A stretch of DNA of 64,000 nt from the NCBI GenBank assembly GCA_963821395.1, contig CAWGDY010000042.1:41263-105262 (forward strand), given 5' to 3'. Shown here piece after piece: positions 52,124 through 61,493 of this stretch. This DNA is from Vicinamibacterales bacterium (GTDB lineage: Bacteria; Acidobacteriota; Vicinamibacteria; Vicinamibacterales; JAMQPK01). Made by a program: the position numbers and the translations under genes. The notes below the pieces were generated by a model. The model saw only the letters and a program-made list of their open reading frames with translations. It made no database searches and was not told the DNA's origin. Each line of letters starts with the position of its first letter. The first letter of the stretch is position 1.

Positions 52124-52980
52124 GCGAGACCGCGACGCGGCAGTTAGCGAACGACATCGAACGGCTGTATCAGCAGGGCGTTTCCGCGGACAAGAGCGAG
52201 AGCCGATCCGTGTTCGCGCAGCTTCGCGAAGAGCTGTCGGCCGGGCGCGTACGTGCGGCCGAGCCCGATGCATCGGCGCCCACCGGGTGGCGCGTCAACA
52301 CCTGGGTGAAGCAGGGCATCCTCGTCGGCTTCCGCTGCGGCGATCTCGTGGATGTGTCGGTGGACGGCGGGCGCTGGTTTTTCGGCGACAAGGACACGCT
52401 GCCGCTCAAGAAGATGACGACTGGAATGGGCGTGCGGGTCGTCCCTGGCGGCTCGTCTATTCGAGACGGCGCGTACGTCGCGAAAGGCGTGATTTGCGTG
52501 CCGCCGATGTACATCAACATCGGTGCGTACGTCGACGAATCGAGCCTCGTGGATTCCCACGCCCTCGTGGGATCGTGCGCGCAGGTCGGCAAGCGCGTAC
52601 ACATCAGCGCCGGTGCCCAGATCGGTGGCGTGATCGAACCGGTGGGCGCTATTCCGGTCATCATCGAAGACGATGTGCTGGTCGGCGGCAACACGGGCAT
52701 TTACGAAGGCGCCGTCATCAAGCGCCGCGCCGTCATCGGCGCCGGTACGATTTTGACGGGTTCCACTCCGATCTACGATTTGCCCCAGGGACGCGTCATC
52801 AAGCCCGAAAGCGACGCCCCGCTGGTCGTGCCCGAAGGTGCCGTCGTCGTGCCGGGTTCGAGAGCCGTCACGCAAGGCATGGGACCGCAGTGGGGTCTCA
52901 GTCTGTCCACACCCGTCATCGTGAAATATCGCGACGAGAAAACCGACGCGCGAACGAATCTCGAGCAATGGGTCCGTTGA
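52120..52980 (+). CDS. dapD: tetrahydrodipicolinate N-succinyltransferase
   Basis: GTG 52120 overlaps the dapA TGA (GTGA). Hexapeptide-repeat region ...SHALVGSCAQVGKRVHISAGAQIGGVIEPVGAIPVIIEDDVLVGGNTGIYEG... Confidence 0.85.
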   Translation: MSETATRQLANDIERLYQQGVSADKSESRSVFAQLREELSAGRVRAAEPDASAPTGWRVNTWVKQGILVGFRCGDLVDVSVDGGRWFFGDKDTLPLKKMTTGMGVRVVPGGSSIRDGAYVAKGVICVPPMYINIGAYVDESSLVDSHALVGSCAQVGKRVHISAGAQIGGVIEPVGAIPVIIEDDVLVGGNTGIYEGAVIKRRAVIGAGTILTGSTPIYDLPQGRVIKPESDAPLVVPEGAVVVPGSRAVTQGMGPQWGLSLSTPVIVKYRDEKTDARTNLEQWVR

Positions 52981-53993
52981 CCGACCTGACAGATGTCGTA
53001 TCGGTGACTCGCGGGCTGGTGGACATCGATTCCACCACCGGCCGCGAGGGCGAGTGCATGCAGTGGATGGCGGCGCTGCTGAGCGACGCGGGCTACGGCG
53101 TCGTCGAGCAGGTGGTGGACGGTCCACGCCGCAACATCTATGCGGGCTTCGGCAAAGCCGACGTGGTGCTGTCGACCCACCTCGACTGCGTCCCTCCGTT
53201 CTTTCCCAGTCATCTCGACGGTGGCGCGCTCTTCGGCCGCGGCTCGTGCGACGCCAAAGGGATTGCCGCCTGCCAGATTGCGGCCGCCGAAATGCTGCGG
53301 CGTGAGGGGATCACGAACGTCGGGCTGTTGTTCGTCGTCGGCGAAGAGCGGGGCAGCGACGGCGCCAAAAGCGCCCAGGTGATCGCGCCGGGCTCGAAGT
53401 TCCTCGTCAACGGCGAGCCCACCGACAACCGGCTCGGCATCGGCACGCGCGGGGCGCTTCGCTACAACCTGCGCGCGAAGGGCCGCGCCGCGCATTCGTC
53501 GTTTCCGGAACTGGGCGAGTCGGCCATCGACAAGCTCATCGACGCGCTGATCGCGCTGCGCACGATCGAGATGCCCGAGCATCCCGTACTCGGCCGCACC
53601 CACTACACGATCGGCCTCATCAAAGGTGGTGTGGCGCCGAACGTCGTGCCGTTCGAGGCGGAAGCCGAAGTGATGTTTCGAACCGTCGCCGACGTCGATG
53701 GGCTGCGTGCGTCGCTGACGAAGCTGACGTCGCTGGTGACGCTCGAGGAGATTCTCGATGTGCCGCCGGTGATGATGCCGACGGTGCCTGGCTTCGACAC
53801 CGCCACATTTCCGTACACCACCGACATTCCCTTTCTCACCAACTGGGGCACGCCGCTTCTCTACGGTCCTGGCTCCATTCACGTCGCGCACACCGACAAC
53901 GAGCACGTGAAGATCGCGGACCTGAAGCGTGCGGTCGAGGATTACGCGAAGATCGCCAGGCACCTGCTGTCGCAAGGCCAGACAGGCGACTAG
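52968..53993 (+). CDS. M20-family peptidase, probable succinyl-diaminopimelate desuccinylase
   Basis: ATG 52968 overlaps the dapD end by 13 nt. ...VLSTHLDCVP..., GRGSCDAKG, VVGEERGSDG. The DapE assignment rests on operon context. Confidence 0.7.
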   Translation: MGPLTDLTDVVSVTRGLVDIDSTTGREGECMQWMAALLSDAGYGVVEQVVDGPRRNIYAGFGKADVVLSTHLDCVPPFFPSHLDGGALFGRGSCDAKGIAACQIAAAEMLRREGITNVGLLFVVGEERGSDGAKSAQVIAPGSKFLVNGEPTDNRLGIGTRGALRYNLRAKGRAAHSSFPELGESAIDKLIDALIALRTIEMPEHPVLGRTHYTIGLIKGGVAPNVVPFEAEAEVMFRTVADVDGLRASLTKLTSLVTLEEILDVPPVMMPTVPGFDTATFPYTTDIPFLTNWGTPLLYGPGSIHVAHTDNEHVKIADLKRAVEDYAKIARHLLSQGQTGD

Positions 53994-54033
53994 CGGCGGT
54001 TTCCACTGCGGTGTAGTACGTAGTGTCCGGTTT

Positions 54034-54065
54034 CCGCCTTCGCGCCGAAGGCACTTCGGCGAGAC
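54034..54065. repeat. GC-rich repeat, family D, copy 2
   Basis: See 49226-49257. Confidence 0.6.
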
Positions 54066-54193
54066 ACGCCGTAGCCTGGGCGGAGGCGGTTAGCCGGACG
54101 CTCACGCGGTTCGCCAGACCACGTCCGCCTCGCAGTTGCAACCTGGACGCGAGACATGACGTATGGCCTTCAGATGATATTCGGGAGGTCCGC

Positions 54194-54898
54194 ATGATGC
54201 CGAATCTGGTTGGGCTGACCGCCGCGGCGTTGCTTGTGTCCGGTTGCGGGTTCGGGATGGTCGCGACCGGCGAAACCCGGCGCGAAACAGTGACGATCGC
54301 GCTCGACAAGGCGGCGCGCGTGCGTGCAGAAATTCGCATGGACGCCGGAGAGCTGCGGGTGAAGAGCGGGAGCGCGAAGCTCGTCGACGCGACGTTCTCG
54401 TACAACGTCGACGAATGGAAGCCGGTCGTGGATTATCGCGTCACCGGATCGGATGGCGAGCTGAACATCCTGCAGCCGCGAGGCTCGCGGGCCGGTTTCG
54501 GCAACACCGTCTACGAGTGGGAGCTCGATCTGAACGCCGATGTGCCGCTCGATCTCGTGGCAAATCTCGGCGCCGGCGAGGTGAATCTCGAGCTGGGCCG
54601 GATGAATCTCGGTCGCGTCGAGGTCAATATCGGAGCGGGTGAGGTCGACATGGACCTGCGAGGCGAGCCCAGGCGCGACTATTCAGTCCACATCCGCGGC
54701 GGCGTGGGAGAGACGAAGGTGCGTCTGCCGAGAGGCGCGCGCATCGAGGCGACGGCTGCCAAGGGCCTCGGCGCGATCAACGTCGAAGGTCTTGAACGGC
54801 GCGGCAACGTCTGGACAAACCCCGACCCTGCCGACACCTCCGTCACGGTCCGCGTCGACGTGAAAGGCGGAATCGGCGAGATCAATCTGATTCGCTGA
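54194..54898 (+). CDS. lipoprotein with repetitive beta-rich domain (toastrack/DUF4097-like, tentative)
   Basis: GGGAGG then ATG 54194. Lipobox LLVSGC. Repeating ...GAGEV(N/D)(L/M)(E/D)L... strands. Confidence 0.55.
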   Translation: MMPNLVGLTAAALLVSGCGFGMVATGETRRETVTIALDKAARVRAEIRMDAGELRVKSGSAKLVDATFSYNVDEWKPVVDYRVTGSDGELNILQPRGSRAGFGNTVYEWELDLNADVPLDLVANLGAGEVNLELGRMNLGRVEVNIGAGEVDMDLRGEPRRDYSVHIRGGVGETKVRLPRGARIEATAAKGLGAINVEGLERRGNVWTNPDPADTSVTVRVDVKGGIGEINLIR

Positions 54899-55403
54899 TT
54901 CGCCCCGCCGGGTTCGATGCTTTTGACGTTCGGCTGGCATGGCGCAGGACCTCGGCCAGCCAGGTGCGCGCAAGGTACTGCTGCGACTCGTACGCGATCC
55001 ACACTGACGAGGCCCACTGCCGGACGGCCGTCCGGTAGGTGTCGTTCGACAGGTTGACGATCGTCGAAATGGTTTGCCGGCCGCGCGCGTCGAGCACAGC
55101 CGGCTTTTCGATCGTTGCCGGCCCATCGAGCCAGCGCGCGATCTGCCAGTAGAGCTTCTGATCGCCCGGATGCTCGACCTCGCAACACAGCCCGGTCAAA
55201 TGGGCGGCGTAGGATTTGGCCGACTCGCAGTACTCGTCGGGATGCTGCAGTGCGTAGGCATCGACCACGAGGTTGTGCATGGCCCCCCGCACGGGGTTGC
55301 CCCAGGCTTGAGCGCTCAGCTCGTCGAAGTGCGACTGGCAGCCGTCGCGGCCGCCGAGCGGCGCACCGCACGACGGGCAGAGAACCCCGATACGTCTCGT
55401 CAT
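54882..55403 (-). CDS. hypothetical protein with N-terminal CxxC...C motif (DUF5946-like, from memory)
   Basis: 173 aa: MTRRIGVLCPSCGAPLGGRDGCQSHFDEL...NLVVDAYALQHPDEY... Confidence 0.5.
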   Translation of the reverse strand: MTRRIGVLCPSCGAPLGGRDGCQSHFDELSAQAWGNPVRGAMHNLVVDAYALQHPDEYCESAKSYAAHLTGLCCEVEHPGDQKLYWQIARWLDGPATIEKPAVLDARGRQTISTIVNLSNDTYRTAVRQWASSVWIAYESQQYLARTWLAEVLRHASRTSKASNPAGRISESD

Positions 55404-55507
55404 CGGGCCACAGCATACCGTGGCTCAGCCCGCCCGCCCGTTGATGTATGTCGCGATTAGATGGTGTTCTCTTCGATCCATCTTGAATTGAGATATGATC
55501 GCGGGGC

Positions 55508-56449
55508 ATGGATCTCCGCCAGCTCGAGATCGTCCAGGCGGTGGCCGAGACCGGGTCGTTCACCGGGGCCGGCCGGAAACTGCACGTGTCGCAATCGGCG
55601 ATCAGCCGTCAGATTCTGCTGCTCGAAGACGAGCTGAACGAGAGCATCTTTCTGAGGGTCGGCCGCCGCATCCGCATCACGCCCGCGGGCGAGTCGCTGG
55701 TGCAGTTGAGCAACCGTGTGTTCGGCGACATCAAGGAAACCATCACGGTGATCGGCGAGAGCCAGCAGGTGCTCAGCGGCACGCTGCGGCTGGCCGGCGG
55801 CATGACCGTGTGCATGTACGTGTTTCCCCAACTGCTGCAGGAATACAGACGCCAGCACTCCCACGTCGAGGTGAAGCTCATCACGGGCACCTCGCAGCGG
55901 CTGCTCCAGGAGATTCGCAGCGGTGCGGCCGACCTGGGGTTCATTACCCTGCCCGTGAACGAGTCGGAACTGGTCACGCTGCCGGCGATGGAAGAGGAGA
56001 TGCTGCTGGTGGCGCATCCCTCGCATCCGCTGGCGAAGAAGAAGCGCATTTTGCCGCAGGACCTCGCGCAGCAGCCGTTCGTGCTCTTCGAGGCGGCCTC
56101 CAACTCGAGGCGGATCGTCGATGCCTTCTTCATCAAGGAGCGCATCGAGCCGCGTATCGTCATGGAGACCGAGAACGTCGAGATTCTGAAGGCGCTCGTG
56201 CGGTCCGAGATGGGCATCACCATCATTCCGTATCAAGCCGTCGCGCGCGAGGTCCGAAGCCGGCAGCTGTTCTGCGCCAGAATCTCGGGGGTGCACCTGG
56301 TGCGGCACACCGGCTGGGTGTACCTGCGCTCGAACAAGGTTCCGCGTATGCTGGAGGAGATGTTCAAGGCATCGCAACGCATTCTGCCGAAGCTGAACCT
56401 GAGCCCGGGTGGGAAGAGTCTAAGTACTGACGCTGAATCTAAAAACTAA
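55508..56449 (+). CDS. LysR-family transcriptional regulator
   Basis: MDLRQLEIVQAVAETGSFTGAGRKLHVSQSAISRQILLLEDEL (wHTH) plus a LysR substrate-binding domain. Confidence 0.9.
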   Translation: MDLRQLEIVQAVAETGSFTGAGRKLHVSQSAISRQILLLEDELNESIFLRVGRRIRITPAGESLVQLSNRVFGDIKETITVIGESQQVLSGTLRLAGGMTVCMYVFPQLLQEYRRQHSHVEVKLITGTSQRLLQEIRSGAADLGFITLPVNESELVTLPAMEEEMLLVAHPSHPLAKKKRILPQDLAQQPFVLFEAASNSRRIVDAFFIKERIEPRIVMETENVEILKALVRSEMGITIIPYQAVAREVRSRQLFCARISGVHLVRHTGWVYLRSNKVPRMLEEMFKASQRILPKLNLSPGGKSLSTDAESKN

Positions 56450-56489
56450 AATCTAAAAACTAAAATCTAGAAACTAGAATCTAGCAACT
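56436..56489. repeat. AT-rich 14-nt tandem repeat (AATCTAAAAACTAA x ~4)
   Basis: aatctaaaaactaa aatctaaaaactaa aatctagaaactag aatctagcaacta. It begins in the last codons of the LysR gene and fills the whole 40-nt spacer up to the cysH start. Confidence 0.9.
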
Positions 56490-58599
56490 ATGAGTCGCGA
56501 CCATTACTCCCAACGATGTGGCCACGCTGGCGTTGCGGGCGGAGCCGCTTTCGGCCAGGACGTGTTGCGCCTCGCGCTGGACCGGTTCGGCCGGGGCGCC
56601 GCGGTGTCGTCGAGCTTTGGCGCCGAAGACATGGTGCTCATCGACATGCTCATGAAGATCGACGCGAAGGCGCGCATCTTCACGCTCGATACCGGCCGCC
56701 TGCCGCAGGAAACCTACAACGTCATCGACGCCACCCGGGAGAAGTACGGCGCCTCGATTGAAGTATTTTTTCCGCAGCCGGATGCCGTCCAGAACATGGT
56801 GGCCGCGCACGGGATGAACCTGTTCTATCACTCGGTCGAGAATCGCAAGTTGTGCTGCGGCGTCCGCAAGATGGAGCCGCTGCGCCGCGCGCTGTCGGGC
56901 CTCGATGCGTGGATTACCGGCCTGCGCCGCGAGCAGTCGGTGACGCGCACCGACGTGCACAAGGTCGAGTGGGACGAAGGGAATCGGCTGGTGAAAGTGA
57001 ATCCGCTGGTGGAATGGACGCACGACCAGGTGTGGGCGTACATCCGCGAGCACAACGTGCCCTACAACGCCCTGCACGACCGCGGATATCCCAGCATCGG
57101 TTGTGCACCGTGCACCAGGGCCGTCCAGCCTGGCGAGCACGAGCGGGCGGGGCGCTGGTGGTGGGAACATCCCGAGACGAAAGAGTGCGGACTGCACGTG
57201 GTCCAGTCGACGGTCATTGAACCCGAATCGCTAAGCCGGAACCGAACGGGGAACAGGAACCAGAACTGGAACCGGAACTGGAACTCGGAACCACAGCAGA
57301 TGCCCTTGTTCCCGATCTTCGTCAAGCTGGACGGACGTCCGGTCCTTCTGGTGGGCGCAGGCCCCGTCGGCGAGGCCAAGATCGGAGGACTCCTGTCCGC
57401 GGGCGCGTCGGTGACGGTTGTGGCGCCGGCGGCCACGCCGGGGATCCAGAAGCTTGCCGAAGCAGGCACGATCGCCTGGCAGCGACGCGAGTTCGCTCCG
57501 CAGGATCTGGATGGCGTCTCGCTCGTCGTCGCCGCCGTTCCCAAAGACATCGCGCGCGTGGTCTACGAAGCCGCGCGCACCCGTTCGGTGCTCGTCAATT
57601 CCGTCGACGATCCTGACAACTGCGATTTCTACTACCCGGCGGTCGTCAATCGCGGCGATTTGCAGATCGCGATCTCGACCGGCGGGCACAGTCCTGCTCT
57701 GGCCCAGCGCCTTCGCATCGAGCTCGAGCAGCAGTTCGGCCCCGAGTACGAGTCCTGGATTCGCCAGTTGGGCGAAGCGCGGCAGGGGCTGTTCGCCCGC
57801 GACATGGATCCCGACGAGCGCAAGAAGAAGCTGCATGAGATGGCCGCCGCTGCGGAGGGTCCAACGAGTACGCCGGGTCCCGGTTTGCATGGCGCTGGGA
57901 TGGTGTATCTGGTCGGCGGCGGACCGGGAGATCCGGAACTGCTCACTGTGAAGGCACTCCGCATTCTGGGACAGGCCGATGTCGTGCTTCACGACGACCT
58001 CCTCACCGACGAAATCCTCGAGCTGATTCCGCCGACCGCGCGCATCGAGTGCGTGGGCAAGCGGCACGGCGAGCGCCAGATGACCCAGGACGAAATCAAC
58101 CGCCGCCTGTGCCAGTACGGAGCGGCCGGCCAGACCGTGGTCCGGCTGAAAGGCGGCGACGGCGCCATCTTCGGCCGTGCCAGCGAGGAAATGGATGCCC
58201 TGCGAGCCGCGGACGTGCCCTTCACGATCGTGCCGGGCGTGACCGCGGCGAGCGGCGCGGCCGCGGCCGCGCGCGTGTCGCTCACCGATCGGCGGCTCGG
58301 TTCGGCGCTGGTGTTCCTGACCGCACAGCGATGCAAAGGCAATCCTCCCCCGAACTGGAAGGCTGTCGCGGCACTCGGCGGCGCCACGGCGATCTACATG
58401 CCCGGCGGTCACGAGGGGGAGTTGGCGCTTCAGCTCATCGATGCCGGGCTTGCCATCCTCGACGCCGTGTTTCGTGGTGGCGGGCGCCTCGCGGCCCGAC
58501 GAACAGGTGGTCGAAACGACGCTTGGCGAGCTGCCCGGCATTCAGCACCTGCCGCGGCCCGCGCTCCTCCTCATAGGCGTGCTGTCCGCAAAACATTAA
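56490..58599 (+). CDS. cysH/cysG: APS/PAPS reductase (CysH, Fe-S type) read through in frame into sirohaem synthase (CysG); one +1 frame break near the 3' end
   Basis: CysH part: KLCCGVRK, GCAPCTRAV, KECGLH. Linker NRTGNRNQNWNRNWNSE is encoded by a hexanucleotide repeat. CysG part starts at MPLFPIFVKLDGRPVLLVGAG (ATG 57300) and carries GGGPGDPELLT. The C terminus PCFVVAGASRPDEQVV...LLLIGVLSAKH* is in the next frame (join ~58447; TAA at 58597-58599). Confidence 0.8.
57236..57292. repeat. hexanucleotide repeat (GGAACC/GGAACT and variants)
   Basis: ccggaaccgaacggggaacaggaaccagaactggaaccggaactggaactcggaacc. Confidence 0.9.
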
Positions 58600-58630
58600 T
58601 ATTTGTTATGAATCTGTAATCAAAATTCAT

Positions 58631-58660
58631 TTGACATTATGACGGCCGGGACGCCAGAAT
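58631..58660 (+). promoter_or_regulatory. candidate promoter of the pheA-ilv leader (TTGACA-18-CAGAAT)
   Basis: Consensus -35 TTGACA at 58631-58636. Weak -10 CAGAAT at 58655-58660. An unusually AT-rich 30-nt patch lies immediately upstream. Confidence 0.35.
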
Positions 58661-58671
58661 ACCTCTCGATC

Positions 58672-58752
58672 ATGTCGCTTGGGCCCGTCCTCAGCTTCGT
58701 TGTCACCGTCGTCGTTACGGTGACCGGCACCTTCCGGATGCCGGTCGACTAG
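58672..58752 (+). CDS. candidate Val/Thr-rich leader peptide (26 aa)
   Basis: MSLGPVLSFVVTVVVTVTGTFRMPVD*. It has 8 Val and 4 Thr, including the run FVVTVVVTVT. I saw no SD, and the ATG is about 5 nt after the predicted start (near-leaderless). Confidence 0.55.
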   Translation: MSLGPVLSFVVTVVVTVTGTFRMPVD

Positions 58753-58795
58753 CTGCGGATGTATTAGCCTGAGTTTGGAAAGCGCACGAATCAAG

Positions 58796-58831
58796 GGCCA
58801 TCATCCGCAGCCAGCGGGTGATGGCCTTTTT
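58796..58831 (+). terminator. intrinsic terminator (attenuator) upstream of pheA
   Basis: 13-bp stem ggccatcatccgc / gcgggtgatggcc (58796-58808 / 58814-58826, one G-U pair), a 5-nt loop, then TTTTT at 58827-58831. Confidence 0.8.
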
Positions 58832-58872
58832 AGTTGGTGGTTGGTGTTCGTGGTAGTGGCTGAGAAAAGCTG

Positions 58873-59694
58873 ATGCGAATTGCGTATCAAGGTGAACCGG
58901 GAGCGTATAGCGAGGCCGCGGCACTGCGGTTCAGTCCGAGTGCGACGACTCTGCCTTGCACCAGCTTCGATGACGTGTTCGCCGCCGTGGACACCGGCAA
59001 GACGACCCACGGCATTCTGCCGATCGAAAACTCAATCGGCGGAAGCATCCACCGCAACTACGACCTGCTGCTCGAGCACGAGCTGCCGGTCGTGGCCGAG
59101 GTACTGCTGCAGGTGTCGCACAACCTGCTCGCGTTTCCGGGCACGAAGCTGCAGGACATCAGGAAGGTGTACTCGCATCCCCAGGGCCTGGCCCAGTGCG
59201 AGGGGTTTCTGTCGAGCCTGAAGGGCGTCGAGATCGTGGCGACCTACGACACGGCCGGCAGCGCCAAGATGATTCGCGACCAGGAGCTGAAGGACGCCGC
59301 GGCGATCGCGTCGGCGCGCGCCGCCGAGGTCTTCGGTCTCGAGTCGCTCGCCGCGGGCATCCAGGATTTCAAAGAGAACATCACGCGCTTCATCCTCATC
59401 AGCAAGGCGGCCGCCGATCCGGAGAAGGCCGACAAGACGATGATCGTGTTCACGCTGCCGAACTCGCCGGGCGCGCTGTTCAAGGCGCTGAGCGTGTTCG
59501 CGCTGCGCGACATCGACCTCACCAAGCTCGAGTCGCGTCCCGTGCGCGGCCGGGCGTTCGAGTATCTGTTCTACGCCGACATCGCGGTGCCGCGCCAGGA
59601 TCTGCAGTGCACGCGCGCGCTGGTTCACCTGGCCGAGTTTGCGAAATCGATGCGCACGCTCGGCTCGTACACCTCGTGGAAAGAGAAGAACTGA
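58873..59694 (+). CDS. pheA: prephenate dehydratase
   Basis: MRIAYQGEPGAYSEAAA...PIENSIGGSI... plus a C-terminal ACT domain (TMIVFTLPNSPGALFKAL..., ESRP). Confidence 0.9.
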   Translation: MRIAYQGEPGAYSEAAALRFSPSATTLPCTSFDDVFAAVDTGKTTHGILPIENSIGGSIHRNYDLLLEHELPVVAEVLLQVSHNLLAFPGTKLQDIRKVYSHPQGLAQCEGFLSSLKGVEIVATYDTAGSAKMIRDQELKDAAAIASARAAEVFGLESLAAGIQDFKENITRFILISKAAADPEKADKTMIVFTLPNSPGALFKALSVFALRDIDLTKLESRPVRGRAFEYLFYADIAVPRQDLQCTRALVHLAEFAKSMRTLGSYTSWKEKN

Positions 59695-61372
59695 TGTCAG
59701 ACAACCCGTTGAAACCTCGCAGCGGTGCAATTACGGATGGCCCGAGCCGAGCGCCCGCGCGCGCGATGCTGAAGGCCGTCGGCTTTACCGACGCCGATCT
59801 TGCGCAAGCCGATTATCGGCGTCGCGAATACCTGGATCGAGATCGGCCCCTGCAACTACCACCTGCGCACGCTGGCCGAGCACGTGAAGGAAGGCATGCG
59901 CCAGGCGGGCGGCACGCCGATGGAGTTCAACACGGTGTCGATCTCCGACGGCATCACGATGGGCAGCCAGGGCATGAAGGCGTCGCTCATCAGCCGCGAT
60001 CTCATCGCCGATTCGATCGAGCTCGTCGCGCGCGGCAACATGTTCGACGGCATCATCGCGCTCTCGGGCTGCGACAAGACGATTCCCGGCACGATCATGG
60101 CGCTGGCGCGCCTCGATATTCCCGGCGTGATGCTCTACGGCGGATCGATCGCGCCGGGCGAGTTTCACGGCCGGAACGATCACGATCCAGGACGTGTTCG
60201 AGGCGGTGGGTGCCCACGCGGCCGGGCGCATGTCGGACGCCGACCTGCTGATGGTCGAGAACCAGGCGTGTCCCGGCGCCGGCGCCTGCGGCGGACAGTT
60301 CACCGCGAACACGATGTCCACAGTCGGCGAGTTTCTCGGGATTTCCCCGATGGGCTTCAACGACGTGCCCGCGCTCGATCCCGACAAGGCGCGCATCGGC
60401 CGCGAAGCGGGGGCGCTCGTGATGGATCTGCTGAAGCGCAACGTGCGGCCGCGTCAGGTCATCACGCGCGACTCGATCGACAACGCGATCGCGTCGGTGG
60501 CCGCGACGGGTGGATCGACCAACGCCGTCCTGCATCTTCTCGCGATCGCCCGCGAGGCGGGCGTGGCGCTCGACATCGACGATTTCGACCGTATCAGCCG
60601 GAAGGTGCCGCTGCTCGCCGACCTGAAGCCGAGCGGCCGATTCGTGGCGACCGACATGTACAAAGCCGGGGGCGCGCGGCTGATCGCGAAGCGGCTGAAG
60701 GAGGCGGGCATTCTGAAAGGCGCCGCGCCGACCGTGACCGGGAAGACGATCGGCGAAGAAGCCGACGCGGGGTCGGAGCCGCCGGGACAGGAAGTCGTGC
60801 GTCCGCTCTCGAATCCGATGAGCCCGAACGGCGGCCTCGCCATTCTTCGCGGCAACCTCGCGCCCGAGGGGGCCGTCGTGAAGATCGCCGGCAAGAAGGT
60901 GCTGACCTTCACGGGCACGGCGCGCGTGTTCGACAACGAAGAGGCGGCGTTCGAAGCCGTTGACAAGAACCGGATCAAGCCCGGGGACGTGCTCGTCATT
61001 CGCTACGAAGGGCCGAAGGGCGGTCCCGGCATGCGCGAGATGCTGGCGGTGACCGGTGCGCTGCAGGGGCAGGGGCTCGGCGAGCAGGTCGCGCTCTTGA
61101 CCGATGGCCGGTTCTCCGGCGCGACGCACGGATTGATGGCCGGCCACGTGGCGCCCGAAGCGGCAGCCGGCGGCCCGATTGCGGCGGTGCGCGATGGCGA
61201 CACGATCGTGTTCGACATCCCGAACCGTCAGTTGCGTGTCGAGTTGACGGACGCGGAAATCTCGAAACGGATGTCAGGCTGGACGGCGCCGAAGCCGCAA
61301 TTCGAAACAGGCGTGATGGCGAAATACGCGAAGCTGGTGTCGTCGGCGTCGTCTGGGTGCGTAACGAATTAG
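59694..61372 (+). CDS. ilvD: dihydroxy-acid dehydratase, two +1 frame breaks as assembled
   Basis: The ATG overlaps the pheA TGA by 1 nt. [36 protein letters not shown] / [20 protein letters not shown]...CDKTIPG / ...QDVFEAVG...[16 protein letters not shown]...[11 protein letters not shown]. Frame joins at ~59805 and ~60180. Confidence 0.9.
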
Positions 61373-61493
61373 ATAGCTAGTAGCTGGTCAGCTAAGTAGC
61401 GGAAGAGATCACTTCAAGATCCGGAGTGTAAGCGACGGCAGACGCGTGGACGGTGAACGGCCCCACGCGGACTAAACCGGAGCAGGACATGCG

